A stretch of DNA of 64,000 nt, taken from contig CAWHXY010000004.1 in assembly GCA_963833575.1 (NCBI GenBank), forward strand, positions 1,056,001-1,120,000. Reading direction: 5' to 3'. The stretch is from Candidatus Bathyarchaeota archaeon. Lineage in GTDB: Archaea; Thermoproteota; Bathyarchaeia; Bathyarchaeales; Bathycorpusculaceae. This document shows, in pieces, positions 37,982 through 47,588 of the stretch. Numbering within the stretch: position 1 is the stretch's first letter; each line of letters starts with the position of its first letter. Both the position numbers and the translations under genes were made by a program. A model generated the notes under the pieces. It was not told the DNA's origin. It did not search any database and saw only the letters and a program-made list of their open reading frames with translations.

Positions 37982-38197
37982 TTAATAGTTGGATGATTGC
38001 TTATCTGATGTATTTGTTGCAGAAATTAAAAAGGCAATAAAACTAGAAAAGAAACATCCGATTGGAAGAATGTATAGAGTTAGTAATAGTCTACTTTCAT
38101 CCAAAAAAATATCCTCAACACCCAAAACAAACAAACCCATAAGCATAAGCAAAATACCAATTTTGGTATACTTTGATATTTTGCTAAGGGCTATCAT
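37982..38197 (-). CDS. Small two-TM hypothetical membrane protein
   Basis: 71-aa ORF with two hydrophobic helices in an otherwise empty AT-rich gap. Confidence 0.45.
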   Translation of the reverse strand: MIALSKISKYTKIGILLMLMGLFVLGVEDIFLDESRLLLTLYILPIGCFFSSFIAFLISATNTSDKQSSNY

Positions 38198-38436
38198 ACT
38201 TAATGAGTATGATACTTAATCCTAAATATTTTTGGGCTATGGTTTTAGTTTTTTCTTTTGAAGTTGATTTGGTTTAGGTTATCGTGGAAAACGTGGCTCT
38301 GGTTATTGTAATCGGATTAGGAGGGCAAGAAGGGTTCATTCTAGGCGGATTAATCATGCTATAACTACTAATTCAAATTTTGTGAAAAAATGTGTGATTT
38401 TATTTCGATTGTTTAAAAAACTGCGTTTTTTTCTGT

Positions 38437-39429
38437 TTAAGACTGTGGTATGGAATGCTTCAACAATTTTAGGCATTGTTTTAGTGTGGGTTCTATTTCG
38501 CCTGTGCCGCTTACGCCTGCCGCCATTGCGTGTCCTCCGCCGACTCCATGCAACCATTCACCAAGCGGCGTCGCAATATCTTTCCCTAAGTTTACTCCTG
38601 TCTCGGCGAACTGTCGCGTGCTTCGTAGGCTAATCTCGATTTTGCCGTTTTTCATTCCTGCAACAGCCGACACATGAGCCCCTAAATCTACTAGAGCCTT
38701 GGCTCCTGAAGCTTGATAAGCACTAACATGGGAAAGCGCAATTATCCACTCTCCAACTCTTACGATTTTGGCCCTTTTACAAGCTTTCAACTTTGCAAGC
38801 CGCTCAGAAGTATCGATGGGTAGAGCAAATAATGCCAAGGTTTCCTGCACGTCTATTCCCGCAGTTACCAATTTTGCTATAATTTGCAATGTTGCAGCGC
38901 TTGATAACGCAAAATGTCGTGTATCAAAAGCTATGCCAATAAATAATGCCTTAGCCTCGTTGAGGTTTGGCTTGATTTTTGCTTGAGTAAAAAGTTTGTA
39001 AACTATTTCGCAGTTAGCTGCAGCCTTCTCATTTATGATGCATAGTTTGCATATTTTGGTGGTTTCTGGGTTTGCTGAATGGTGGTCAATAATTATTTTT
39101 TGAGCTGGAGACTTCTTTATTATTTCAGCGACTTGATCAAGTTGCTCGACAGTGTTGGTGTCCAAGAAAATTATGATTTCTGCTGATTCAATGTTAGGTT
39201 TTAGGTTGACGGTTATTGGCATGTGTTCAAGAAGCACTTTGGAAGGTTTGTTTACGCCTTGTGGGCATCCAATTTCAGTTACAATATCAGGTTTGAACCG
39301 TTTGAGTAAACATTGTAATGCGTAAGCTGAACAGATCGCGTCCGCATCGGCACTGCGGTGACATAGCAAAAGCACAAAGGCTGGATTGGTTTGCTCCAGA
39401 ATTCTGAGTAATTTTTGGAAATCGTTCAT
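38437..39429 (-). CDS. DHH/DHHA1 family phosphoesterase
   Basis: HRSADADA, IIIDHH, GGGHAMAAG. Confidence 0.85.
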   Translation of the reverse strand: MNDFQKLLRILEQTNPAFVLLLCHRSADADAICSAYALQCLLKRFKPDIVTEIGCPQGVNKPSKVLLEHMPITVNLKPNIESAEIIIFLDTNTVEQLDQVAEIIKKSPAQKIIIDHHSANPETTKICKLCIINEKAAANCEIVYKLFTQAKIKPNLNEAKALFIGIAFDTRHFALSSAATLQIIAKLVTAGIDVQETLALFALPIDTSERLAKLKACKRAKIVRVGEWIIALSHVSAYQASGAKALVDLGAHVSAVAGMKNGKIEISLRSTRQFAETGVNLGKDIATPLGEWLHGVGGGHAMAAGVSGTGEIEPTLKQCLKLLKHSIPQS

Positions 39430-39722
39430 TTTAGTTTTCTCAAGTAGTTTTCAATGGCTTTATGGGCTTCGTTTGTCGCTTCTTTAACCAACGCCTCTGC
39501 ATCAACACCTTTTGCTTCGGAGCTTAAGGCAAGGTCTGCTTCAACAGTAACACTGCAGGGTTTTGACCCCGTAGCTTCAACGCTAATGTCTAAGCGTTCA
39601 ACCATTTTAGAAGAAATTTTAGAGAGAACGTATTTTCTCGCAGCATTCTCTGCTGTCGAGCATAAAGTTTCTATTTGCTCCGTGGTTAGCTCTGGTATTC
39701 CCAGCTCTACCACAAGCTTCAC
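39426..39722 (-). CDS. DUF3194-like archaeal protein
   Basis: Small acidic protein between prefoldin beta and DHH genes; AENAARKYV pattern. Confidence 0.6.
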   Translation of the reverse strand: MKLVVELGIPELTTEQIETLCSTAENAARKYVLSKISSKMVERLDISVEATGSKPCSVTVEADLALSSEAKGVDAEALVKEATNEAHKAIENYLRKLK

Positions 39723-39724
39723 CT

Positions 39725-40096
39725 TTAAGACGATGGCTGAGAAACTGGACTTAGGTCTTCTTGGAGTTTTGTCTGGGCTTCTTTTATTTGGCTTTTCATT
39801 CTTTCTTCTTGTCTTGCCAGAACGGTGCTTCTTGTGTCCAAAAGCTCTTTTCTCTCAACTAGATCTTCGGTTACTTTTGGTTTTTCTGCTTTTACCAGTA
39901 ATGAGCCGATTGCTTTGTAAATTACTGAGTCATCAGCAGTTTTCTGAAGTTCAGCTATTGTCTGCTCTACTTCAGTTTTTTCCATTTCAACTTGCTGTTT
40001 TTGTGCTAAAATTGATTGTAATGTCTGCTGAAGTTGTTGCAGTCTAAGAAGCCTTTCTTGTACATTAGGCGGTAACTTGGAAAGTTCGTCACTCAA
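39725..40096 (-). CDS. pfdB: Prefoldin beta subunit
   Basis: LPPNVQ coiled coil, IYKAIGSLLVK hairpin. Confidence 0.9.
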   Translation of the reverse strand: MSDELSKLPPNVQERLLRLQQLQQTLQSILAQKQQVEMEKTEVEQTIAELQKTADDSVIYKAIGSLLVKAEKPKVTEDLVERKELLDTRSTVLARQEERMKSQIKEAQTKLQEDLSPVSQPSS

Positions 40097-40174
40097 ATTT
40101 TCATACTTCCGTATCAGCCAATACGATAAGCTATTAATTAAGTATTTCCAACAAGGAAAACAGTAACATAAATT

Positions 40175-41479
40175 CTAAGAAATTGTCGAGTTCCAATAGT
40201 AAATGCTTTTGTAGCCAATTTTAGTGACTGGGTAGGTTGCGTCATCATAAACTATGTCAAGTCTAGCGCCGTATTGAACTAAGAGTTTGCTTGTAATTGT
40301 TGCTGTTTGTTGTGTTCTGTAATCACTTGTCCAGAAACCCCAAATGGTATCGTTAGGTTGACGCATACCCCAACCAAAATTCTTGGGCAGAATTAACACG
40401 GCTTCTGGAGAGCTTAAATCGGTAAATTTCTTTTGTGTTACATCATTCCAGAATCTTTGCATTGCATTAAATTGATCATTGGTCATTGTTCCATACTCAT
40501 TTCCTTTATCGTACGGGTAGTCAAAAATTGTGATGTATCTTGCTCCAGCTTCATAAGAAGTTAACATTTGATTGTAAATTTGATCTCCGCTGTCAAGGTA
40601 CGGTGTTTCGTTATATTTCCAAGTTATCATTGTACCCCAATCTTTATTCTCTAATCTTGCTGCTCCCTTAACCTGAGCTATTTCCTCTGTTACACTATTG
40701 TTTGAGCCTAGCTCCGCGAAAAGAGTGTTATATCCTCCTAAGTAATCAAACCAGTATAACGAATAATCTGAAGTGTACGCTTTAATTCCATTGGCGTTTA
40801 AAGCTCTAAGACCAGGGTCTAACTTCAGAACGTCATCAACGAAAAACTTTGCTTCCAAATCATAATCCAGAGGTTTAGTGTCATTACTCATAGCGTTTAA
40901 CATGTTTGAATAAATTTTTTGTAAATCCTGTGCTATCACGTAATAAGGCGTACTCGTATTCGTTCCCATTTGGCTGAGTTTAGGTGCCCAGTATTCGTAC
41001 CAAGCTGACCAATTTCCGTCAAGCTGTATCCCTGCCGGCTCGTCATTATAATAAATCCCTAAAAATTTGTCACCCCACATATCCGTCCAACGTTGCTTAG
41101 TGCTATTCAACGGCTGATCCCAAAACCATGTTTTCTCATTGGTTTCTAAAACGTCATCAATTCCAAGATTAACGATTACGCTAAGGCCTTTAGAAACAGC
41201 ATAGCTACAGATTTCTTCAACACTTGATTGGTTTCGGCTAATGGGATTTCTTCCAGAATCCAAAACAAAGAGGTTTGTATAACCTGAAATCTTGTCAATA
41301 AGGAGTTTAGCTTCTTGAGTGGTGTTTCCGCCGAAAGCAACCCCAACGTAAGGCATAGGTTTACTTTGTGCCTGATCATGGTTTATGTAAAATACGTCGA
41401 AGGCTAAGGCAGAAATAGCCAGTATAACGATGAGGAAGATTGGAACTAAATACTTCCTAACCTGTTTGACTCTACTCAT
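40175..41479 (-). CDS. N-terminally anchored extracellular hypothetical protein (possible glycoside-hydrolase-like TIM barrel)
   Basis: N-terminal TM, GIYYNDEP motif, aromatic-rich. Confidence 0.55.
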   Translation of the reverse strand: MSRVKQVRKYLVPIFLIVILAISALAFDVFYINHDQAQSKPMPYVGVAFGGNTTQEAKLLIDKISGYTNLFVLDSGRNPISRNQSSVEEICSYAVSKGLSVIVNLGIDDVLETNEKTWFWDQPLNSTKQRWTDMWGDKFLGIYYNDEPAGIQLDGNWSAWYEYWAPKLSQMGTNTSTPYYVIAQDLQKIYSNMLNAMSNDTKPLDYDLEAKFFVDDVLKLDPGLRALNANGIKAYTSDYSLYWFDYLGGYNTLFAELGSNNSVTEEIAQVKGAARLENKDWGTMITWKYNETPYLDSGDQIYNQMLTSYEAGARYITIFDYPYDKGNEYGTMTNDQFNAMQRFWNDVTQKKFTDLSSPEAVLILPKNFGWGMRQPNDTIWGFWTSDYRTQQTATITSKLLVQYGARLDIVYDDATYPVTKIGYKSIYYWNSTIS

Positions 41480-41664
41480 GCCTAAGCCTTACCTCACAGT
41501 GTTAAATGGCAAACCTTAATGTTTTTCTATAAAGCATCCTAAAGAAAAACAATTTTCAGAAGAGCAACAATCAATTTTCGTTTTTTGACAACGGATTTTT
41601 ATTATTCTTTCGGACTTCTTTTGTGAAGTCTTTTAAGCAACCCAACGTTAACCATTTTTGAGGA

Positions 41665-42042
41665 ATGCAAGTGGAGCGCGCCAAAGTTACAAAAGAAGAG
41701 ATAGTTGAACGAGACATTCATTTTCTAGCTGTTTATGTTGAATCAAAAAATTCGTGCATGATAATGCTAAGCGAAAAAGAAGATAAGCTTGGTACTTTGG
41801 CAATCGCTGTTCCAAAAGCCAAAGACGCAGTTGGTACAGCTACTTCATCGATTCTTTTAGGTGACAAAAACGAAATTTCTGCAAGAATGTTTGCTGAATA
41901 CGTGGCTTCTAAGAAGGGAAAAATTGCCATGGTTTCCGTTTACCTTGAAAAAGTCGGCGAGATACAAGCGCAAGAATTCTTTATGCATCTTATTGATAAG
42001 TTGATTAAGAGTGAAAGCCAAAGAGAGCCAGTGGCAATATAA
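41665..42042 (+). CDS. Proteasome assembly chaperone 4-like hypothetical protein
   Basis: LGTLAIAVP...SSILLG...MVSV pattern; 125 aa. Confidence 0.5.
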   Translation: MQVERAKVTKEEIVERDIHFLAVYVESKNSCMIMLSEKEDKLGTLAIAVPKAKDAVGTATSSILLGDKNEISARMFAEYVASKKGKIAMVSVYLEKVGEIQAQEFFMHLIDKLIKSESQREPVAI

Positions 42043-42075
42043 CTACAACTCTTTTTCCATCTTCCGTGAAACGCA

Positions 42076-42570
42076 ATGATCTGCAAATTAACTGCTGACG
42101 ATTTCCAGGATATTCTGACTGTGGTAAATGATGCAGCAATAGCCTACAAAGGTAAAATCCCAATCGATAGATGGAAAACTCCTTACATGACCGCGCAAGA
42201 ATTAAACGAGGAAATCCAAAACGGCATAGAATTTTACGGTTGGAAAGAAAACAAAATTATTCTAGCCGTAATGGGAATTCAACGGGTTAACAATGTCACG
42301 CTAATTAGACATGCCTATACGCTGACAAGCCAACAGAGAAAAGGCCTTGGAGAAAAATTGCTCCAATATTTGCTAAAGTTAGCTGAAACAGCGAAGGTTT
42401 ATGTGGGAACTTGGGAAGCTGCGGATTGGGCGATAAGATTCTATCAAAAACATGGATTCGAGCTTCTTTCAATAGAGGAAAAGAATAAGCTGTTGAAGAG
42501 ATACTGGAGCATTCCGGAGCGGCAGGTCGAAACATCGGTAGTACTTGAACTAAAAAGGCAAGCAAGATGA
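42076..42570 (+). CDS. GNAT family N-acetyltransferase
   Basis: QRKGLGEKLL acetyl-CoA motif, AIRFYQKHGF. Confidence 0.85.
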   Translation: MICKLTADDFQDILTVVNDAAIAYKGKIPIDRWKTPYMTAQELNEEIQNGIEFYGWKENKIILAVMGIQRVNNVTLIRHAYTLTSQQRKGLGEKLLQYLLKLAETAKVYVGTWEAADWAIRFYQKHGFELLSIEEKNKLLKRYWSIPERQVETSVVLELKRQAR

Positions 42571-43628
42571 AAGAAACACTTCTCTTGAAAATTAACCCAG
42601 AAAACCCAGACTTATCTAAAATACAAACAGCTGCCCAGATCATCCAGAACGGCGGTTTAGTGGCTTTTCCGACTGAAACTGTTTATGGATTAGGGGCAGA
42701 CGCACTAAATCCGACAGCAGTTTTAGCACTTTTTGAGGCTAAGAGGAGACCTTTAGATAACCCGCCAATTGTTCATATCGCCGATCCACGCGAAGTTTAC
42801 AAGCTTGCTGAGGACGTCTCAAAGAAGGCTGAGTTGCTTATGAGTAAATTTTGGCCTGGCCCTTTAACTCTGGTTTTCAAGCGTTCAAACATTGTTCTGG
42901 ATGTGACGGTGGCTGGATTAGACACTGTTGCTATTCGAATGCCAAAGCATAAGGTAGCTCTTGCACTTATCAAACAAAGCCGGTGTTCCATAGCTGCGCC
43001 AAGCGCAAATCTTGCGGGAAAACCCAGCCCAACAACCGCCAAACACGTTTACGAAGATCTTAACGGAAGAATCGACGCCATTCTCGACGGAGGACCAACA
43101 AAAATAGGCGTGGAATCCACTGTTTTAGACCTAAGCGTTGATCCTCCCGTGCTTCTTCGTCCAGGAGGAACAACTTTTGAAGCTATAAAACAGGTTCTTA
43201 GCGACGTGAAGCTTCACCCTTTTGTGCAAGCAGAAAAGGAGTTGCCCCTTGAAAAGATGCGGTCTCCTGGAATGAAACATAGACACTATGCACCTAAAGC
43301 TGAAGTCATTTTGGTTGAAGGCAGTGTATCAAAGATTAAAGACAAAATCCAAGAAATAGCTAGTGATTATGCTCTTAAGGGCCTAAAAGTAGGCATTTTA
43401 GCAACAGATGAAACCCAAACCTCATACAAAGCAGATGTGGTTACGAGTGCTGGTAGCCGCTCTAACTTAGCAACTGTTGCCCAAAGTCTATTCCGTCTAC
43501 TTAGGGAAATTGATGAGCGAAACGTTGATGTGATAATCGCTGAAGGGGTGCCTTTTGAAGGAATGGGTTTAGCTGTAATGAACAGGCTTCGCAAAGCATC
43601 AGGCTATCATATAATAAAAGCAGAATAG
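42567..43628 (+). CDS. sua5: L-threonylcarbamoyladenylate synthase Sua5
   Basis: AFPTETVYGLGA, KRRPLDNP, APSAN, SPGMKHRHYAP, NRLRKAS. Confidence 0.95.
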   Translation: MKETLLLKINPENPDLSKIQTAAQIIQNGGLVAFPTETVYGLGADALNPTAVLALFEAKRRPLDNPPIVHIADPREVYKLAEDVSKKAELLMSKFWPGPLTLVFKRSNIVLDVTVAGLDTVAIRMPKHKVALALIKQSRCSIAAPSANLAGKPSPTTAKHVYEDLNGRIDAILDGGPTKIGVESTVLDLSVDPPVLLRPGGTTFEAIKQVLSDVKLHPFVQAEKELPLEKMRSPGMKHRHYAPKAEVILVEGSVSKIKDKIQEIASDYALKGLKVGILATDETQTSYKADVVTSAGSRSNLATVAQSLFRLLREIDERNVDVIIAEGVPFEGMGLAVMNRLRKASGYHIIKAE

Positions 43629-43826
43629 CCTGTAATCGATGAATTAATGGCGAAAAGAAAACTTTTTTCCTTTTGCAGAACAGCTGTTGGCGCAGACTAA
43701 CAGTCACATACTCTTAAATTTTGGACAAACTTGAACTATTGGTATCCATCGAGTCCGGAAATGAGTTGATTTTTCCATTTAGGAATTTCTCAAAATAGAG
43801 AATTAATGAGGAGGTGAAGTGAAGTA

Positions 43827-44384
43827 GTGTCAAGGTCTTATGACCATGATAAAGATTATCTCGAGAAAGTAAAACCAGATTACATGGATGAACTTTCTTC
43901 AAGAGATATGAGAAACATTGATGATCAGGGTTACACGGGCGTAACATTGGAAGATGAGGAAGATGAGCAATGGACCAGTGAAAACCAGTCGCCGATAGCT
44001 GGCAAAATGTCAGGCTCTATGGAGGAATTAGAACGGGTACAGGGACCCGAATTTTCCAAAAGTGATGAAATTCTTGAATGCCTCAAAAACTCTCTTGATT
44101 GCTACCAAGAATGCACCGAAACCCTGACAAGATGCACAGCAATGGGAGGAAAACACGCTGAACCCAAACATCTGAAACTGTTAATGGACTGCGCCAGAAT
44201 ATGCGTTACAAACGCAGATTTTATGCTAAGGAACTCAAATTATTACCAACAAACCTGTAGCATAACTGCCAACATATGTGATGAATGTGCTGACTCATGT
44301 GACACGTTTGACGAAGACTTCATGAAGCAATGTGCAAACGTATGCAGAAGCTGTGCTGAGTCATGTCGAGACATGGTCCGATAA
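43827..44384 (+). CDS. Cys-rich four-helix-bundle copper storage protein (DUF326/Csp3-like) with acidic N-terminal extension
   Basis: Repeated CxxxC / CxxxCxxCxxxC helices (CADSC, CANVCRSCAESC), ~80-aa acidic leader. Confidence 0.8.
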   Translation: MSRSYDHDKDYLEKVKPDYMDELSSRDMRNIDDQGYTGVTLEDEEDEQWTSENQSPIAGKMSGSMEELERVQGPEFSKSDEILECLKNSLDCYQECTETLTRCTAMGGKHAEPKHLKLLMDCARICVTNADFMLRNSNYYQQTCSITANICDECADSCDTFDEDFMKQCANVCRSCAESCRDMVR

Positions 44385-44440
44385 TATAGGCTATTTTCAA
44401 ATCAATTTGTTATTTGTTACCAACTTAAGGTGGTGATTAT

Positions 44441-44599
44441 GTGCCTCCAAGAGGAATAGAAAATCCAAAGCGAAAACGGCAATATGAACATATTAAAGAG
44501 TCAGAGCTGAAGCGCGGTGCATCGGAAGAAGATGCAGAGCGGATTGCCGCAGCAACTACTAATAAAACCCGAAAAGAAAAGGGTGAAACAGAAACGTAA
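44441..44599 (+). CDS. Conserved small basic protein (KRxRQYEHIKES...AAxTxNK family)
   Basis: Not in ORF track (52 aa): MPPRGIENPKRKRQYEHIKESELKRGASEEDAERIAAATTNKTRKEKGETET; strong RBS aggtggtga. Confidence 0.75.
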   Translation: MPPRGIENPKRKRQYEHIKESELKRGASEEDAERIAAATTNKTRKEKGETET

Positions 44600-44721
44600 A
44601 ATTGCCAGCTTATTTTCTTGAGCTAGTGTTCGTTAATTAGTTAAGTTGATGAGAAAAATTTATATTTAAATATATGATTGTTGAATTCCGTTATTATCAA
44701 AAATAGAAAATTGGTGAAATT

Positions 44722-46398
44722 ATGTCTCAAGGTGGAGGAAACATTCCAGTTCTAGTACTTAAAGAAGGTACAAACAGAAATAGCGGCCGCGAAGCGCTAA
44801 AAAACAACATTATGGCGGCAAAAATTGTCGCTGAATCGGTAAAAAGTACGCTTGGACCATGCGGTATGGATAAAATGCTCGTTAACAGCATGGGCGACGT
44901 TTCTATAACTAATGACGGCGCAACCATAATGAAAGAGCTAGACATTCAACATCCAGCGGGAAAAATGCTTGTGGAAGTTGCAAAGGCTCAAGACAACGAA
45001 GTTGGCGACGGAACAACAACTGCAGTGGTTTTGGCGGGCGAACTACTTTCAAAAGCTGAAAGCTTAGTTGACAAAAACGTTCATCCAACGGTTATTATTG
45101 AAGGTTATAAGAAAGCTAGCGAGAAAGCTCTCGAAATTTTAGATAAAATCGCAATCCCGATTTCCTTTGAAGATGACAAAACCCTAAGGGATATAGCCAT
45201 CACATCATTATCTAGCAAAGGCATTAACGTTGCAGAAGATCACTTCGCAAAAATCATCGTTGAAGCTGTAAAACAAGTTTCAGAAAAAATCGACGGCAAA
45301 TACGTTGCAGACATAGATCTGATAAAAGTCATTAAAAAACATGGCAAAAGCCTAGACGAAACAGAACTTGTCAAAGGCATGGTTATCGACAAAGAAATCG
45401 CAAGCTCACAAATGCCCAAAATCATTGACGGTGCCAAAATCGTCTTGTTAAACGCTAAGATGGAGATTGAAAAGACAGAGTTTGACGCTAAAATAAACAT
45501 AGAAAGTCCAAATCAAATGCAGGCTTTCCTAGACGAAGAAGAACGCATGCTCAAAGAAATGGTTACTTCAGTTACAAAAGCCGGCGCCAATGTTCTTTTC
45601 TGCGAAAAAGGCATTGACGACATGGCACTTCACTTTCTTGGCAAAGCTGGAGTTTTAGCAGTTAAGAGCGTAAGCAGCAGCGACATAGAAAAGTTATCTA
45701 AAGCTACAAGCGCAAAAATAGTTGCCAGCGTAAAAGATATCTCGGCTGATGTTCTTGGAAAAGCTAAACGTGTTGAAGAAGTAAAAATCGGCGACGACAA
45801 ACTTCTTTACGTCCGAGAGGCCAAAAATCCTAAAGCAGTAACCATCGTTATCCGAGGCGCATCCAATCAAGTTATTGATGAAGCAGAACGCTCACTACAC
45901 GACGGCTTATGCGTTGTTCGCAATGCAATTGAAGACGGCAAAATCGTCGCAGGCGGCGGCGCACCAGAAGCAGAACTATCCAAAAACCTACGCGCCTACG
46001 CAGTAAAAGTCGGAGGACGAGAGCAGCTTGCAGTAGAAGCATTTGCAGACGCAGTTGAAGCAATCCCACTAACTCTAGCAGAAAATGCAGGCTTAGACCC
46101 CATAGACATCATGGTAGCACTCCGAGCACAACACGAGAAACCAGACAGCCAATACTTCGGCATCGAAGTCTCAACAGGCAAAATCAAAAACATGCGCGAG
46201 CTACTAGTCCTCGAACCACTCCGGGTAAAGCAACAAGTAATAAAATCAGCCACAGAAGCAGCAAACATGATAATGAAAATCGACGACTTAATCAGCGTCA
46301 AAGGCGGCAGCAAGATGCCACCAATGCCTCCAGGAGGAATGGGAGGTATGGGCGGAATGGGTGGCATGGGCGGTATGGGCGGCGGAATGCCCTACTAA
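44722..46398 (+). CDS. ths: Thermosome (group II chaperonin) subunit
   Basis: TNDGATI, GDGTTT, GGGAPE, C-terminal GGM repeats. Confidence 0.97.
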   Translation: MSQGGGNIPVLVLKEGTNRNSGREALKNNIMAAKIVAESVKSTLGPCGMDKMLVNSMGDVSITNDGATIMKELDIQHPAGKMLVEVAKAQDNEVGDGTTTAVVLAGELLSKAESLVDKNVHPTVIIEGYKKASEKALEILDKIAIPISFEDDKTLRDIAITSLSSKGINVAEDHFAKIIVEAVKQVSEKIDGKYVADIDLIKVIKKHGKSLDETELVKGMVIDKEIASSQMPKIIDGAKIVLLNAKMEIEKTEFDAKINIESPNQMQAFLDEEERMLKEMVTSVTKAGANVLFCEKGIDDMALHFLGKAGVLAVKSVSSSDIEKLSKATSAKIVASVKDISADVLGKAKRVEEVKIGDDKLLYVREAKNPKAVTIVIRGASNQVIDEAERSLHDGLCVVRNAIEDGKIVAGGGAPEAELSKNLRAYAVKVGGREQLAVEAFADAVEAIPLTLAENAGLDPIDIMVALRAQHEKPDSQYFGIEVSTGKIKNMRELLVLEPLRVKQQVIKSATEAANMIMKIDDLISVKGGSKMPPMPPGGMGGMGGMGGMGGMGGGMPY

Positions 46399-46427
46399 AA
46401 ACCCTTCTTTACTCTTTTTTAATTTTT
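46399..46427 (+). terminator. T-rich terminator after thermosome
   Basis: cttctttactcttttttaattttt directly after the stop. Confidence 0.5.
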
Positions 46428-46516
46428 AAGACGCAAGTTTTCGTCATTTTTCGATTAGATATTTTTAAGTAAAGTTATTATTCACACGCATAGACATTGT
46501 TCGGTATCTCGGAGAG

Positions 46517-47272
46517 TTGGCTTTGAAGCATGTTAAGATAACCGCGTTTGATTGTCCTGATGCTTATTTCAAAACGTTAAACCTTATCTGGAAGGAAGGG
46601 GACGATTTTAAAGTAGGTTACGGCTCCGAAGTTACCGACACCAAGAAACTCAACTTATCAATAGAAATTTCCCATCCTGAGAACCGCCCGATTGTTAGTG
46701 ACAAAGCACCCTGCGACATGAAATATGTGCAGTGGTATGCCTTAACTTACCTTTGGTGCGGCGAAGGAAAACAAGATGAAATTTACACTTATGGCAGCAG
46801 GTTACGTGAACCCGTAGATCAAGTTGAAGAAGCAATCAAAAACTACGTAAAAGAGCAAAGGGACAGGCAAGTTACTATGGTAGTTAGGTTACCTGACGAC
46901 ATTTACAAGATTAATCCAAAAACAAAGGAGAGACATGAGCCGCCCTGCTTAAGCCTCATAGACACGGAAATTCTTAACAGCAAAATGCATTTAACATGTT
47001 ACTTCCGTTCATGGGATGCTTACGCCGGTTTACCAGCTAACATTGCGGGGTTGCAGATGTTTAATGAGGCTTTTGTTTCTGAGATTAACGAGCGGGCAAA
47101 TCTTGGGTTGCAAACAGGCAAATTGATTTTTCACTCCAAAAACTGTCATATTTACAAGCGACAATTCAACCTCGTTAAAGAACTCTTAGAGCCCAAAGAT
47201 AAAGCCAGCAGAATGGCAATGGGCATGCAAGAAACCCCAAAAGAGTTATCGGCGAGAAGTTTTGAGCGATAG
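46517..47272 (+). CDS. thyA: Thymidylate synthase (archaeal ThyA type)
   Basis: YTYGSRL, PPCL, FRSWD, PANI, HIY. Confidence 0.8.
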   Translation: MALKHVKITAFDCPDAYFKTLNLIWKEGDDFKVGYGSEVTDTKKLNLSIEISHPENRPIVSDKAPCDMKYVQWYALTYLWCGEGKQDEIYTYGSRLREPVDQVEEAIKNYVKEQRDRQVTMVVRLPDDIYKINPKTKERHEPPCLSLIDTEILNSKMHLTCYFRSWDAYAGLPANIAGLQMFNEAFVSEINERANLGLQTGKLIFHSKNCHIYKRQFNLVKELLEPKDKASRMAMGMQETPKELSARSFER

Positions 47273-47585
47273 ACTGGTTCGGGTTAGCAAATGGTTAGAA
47301 TTCAAACGTTTAGTTGACGAGTTGAAACCCAACTCGATTGTTTACAATATTGAGCAAACTGGAATTTCAAAAACAAGGGAGTTTACAAGCTTACGGCTAA
47401 TAATCCCAGCTAAAAACTATTATGTTTATGTTGATTTCCCAAAAGGCGACGCATTGAGGGAAACAGGAATTTCAATTCGCAAAGACGCAACCGGAACGCG
47501 CTGCATAGAAGATGACGACATAAGAGCCTTTCTTAAAAAAGAACTCGACGAGAAGCTGCCTGTTTATTCTTACTGGATAACTTAA
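47262..47585 (+). CDS. Hypothetical protein, translationally coupled to thyA
   Basis: 107-aa ORF overlapping the thyA stop. Confidence 0.6.
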   Translation: MSDRLVRVSKWLEFKRLVDELKPNSIVYNIEQTGISKTREFTSLRLIIPAKNYYVYVDFPKGDALRETGISIRKDATGTRCIEDDDIRAFLKKELDEKLPVYSYWIT

Positions 47586-47588
47586 AAG

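Noticed and set aside
46330-46392. 9-bp-like tandem repeat at the thermosome 3' end
   Set aside because: Ordinary GGM tail of chaperonins
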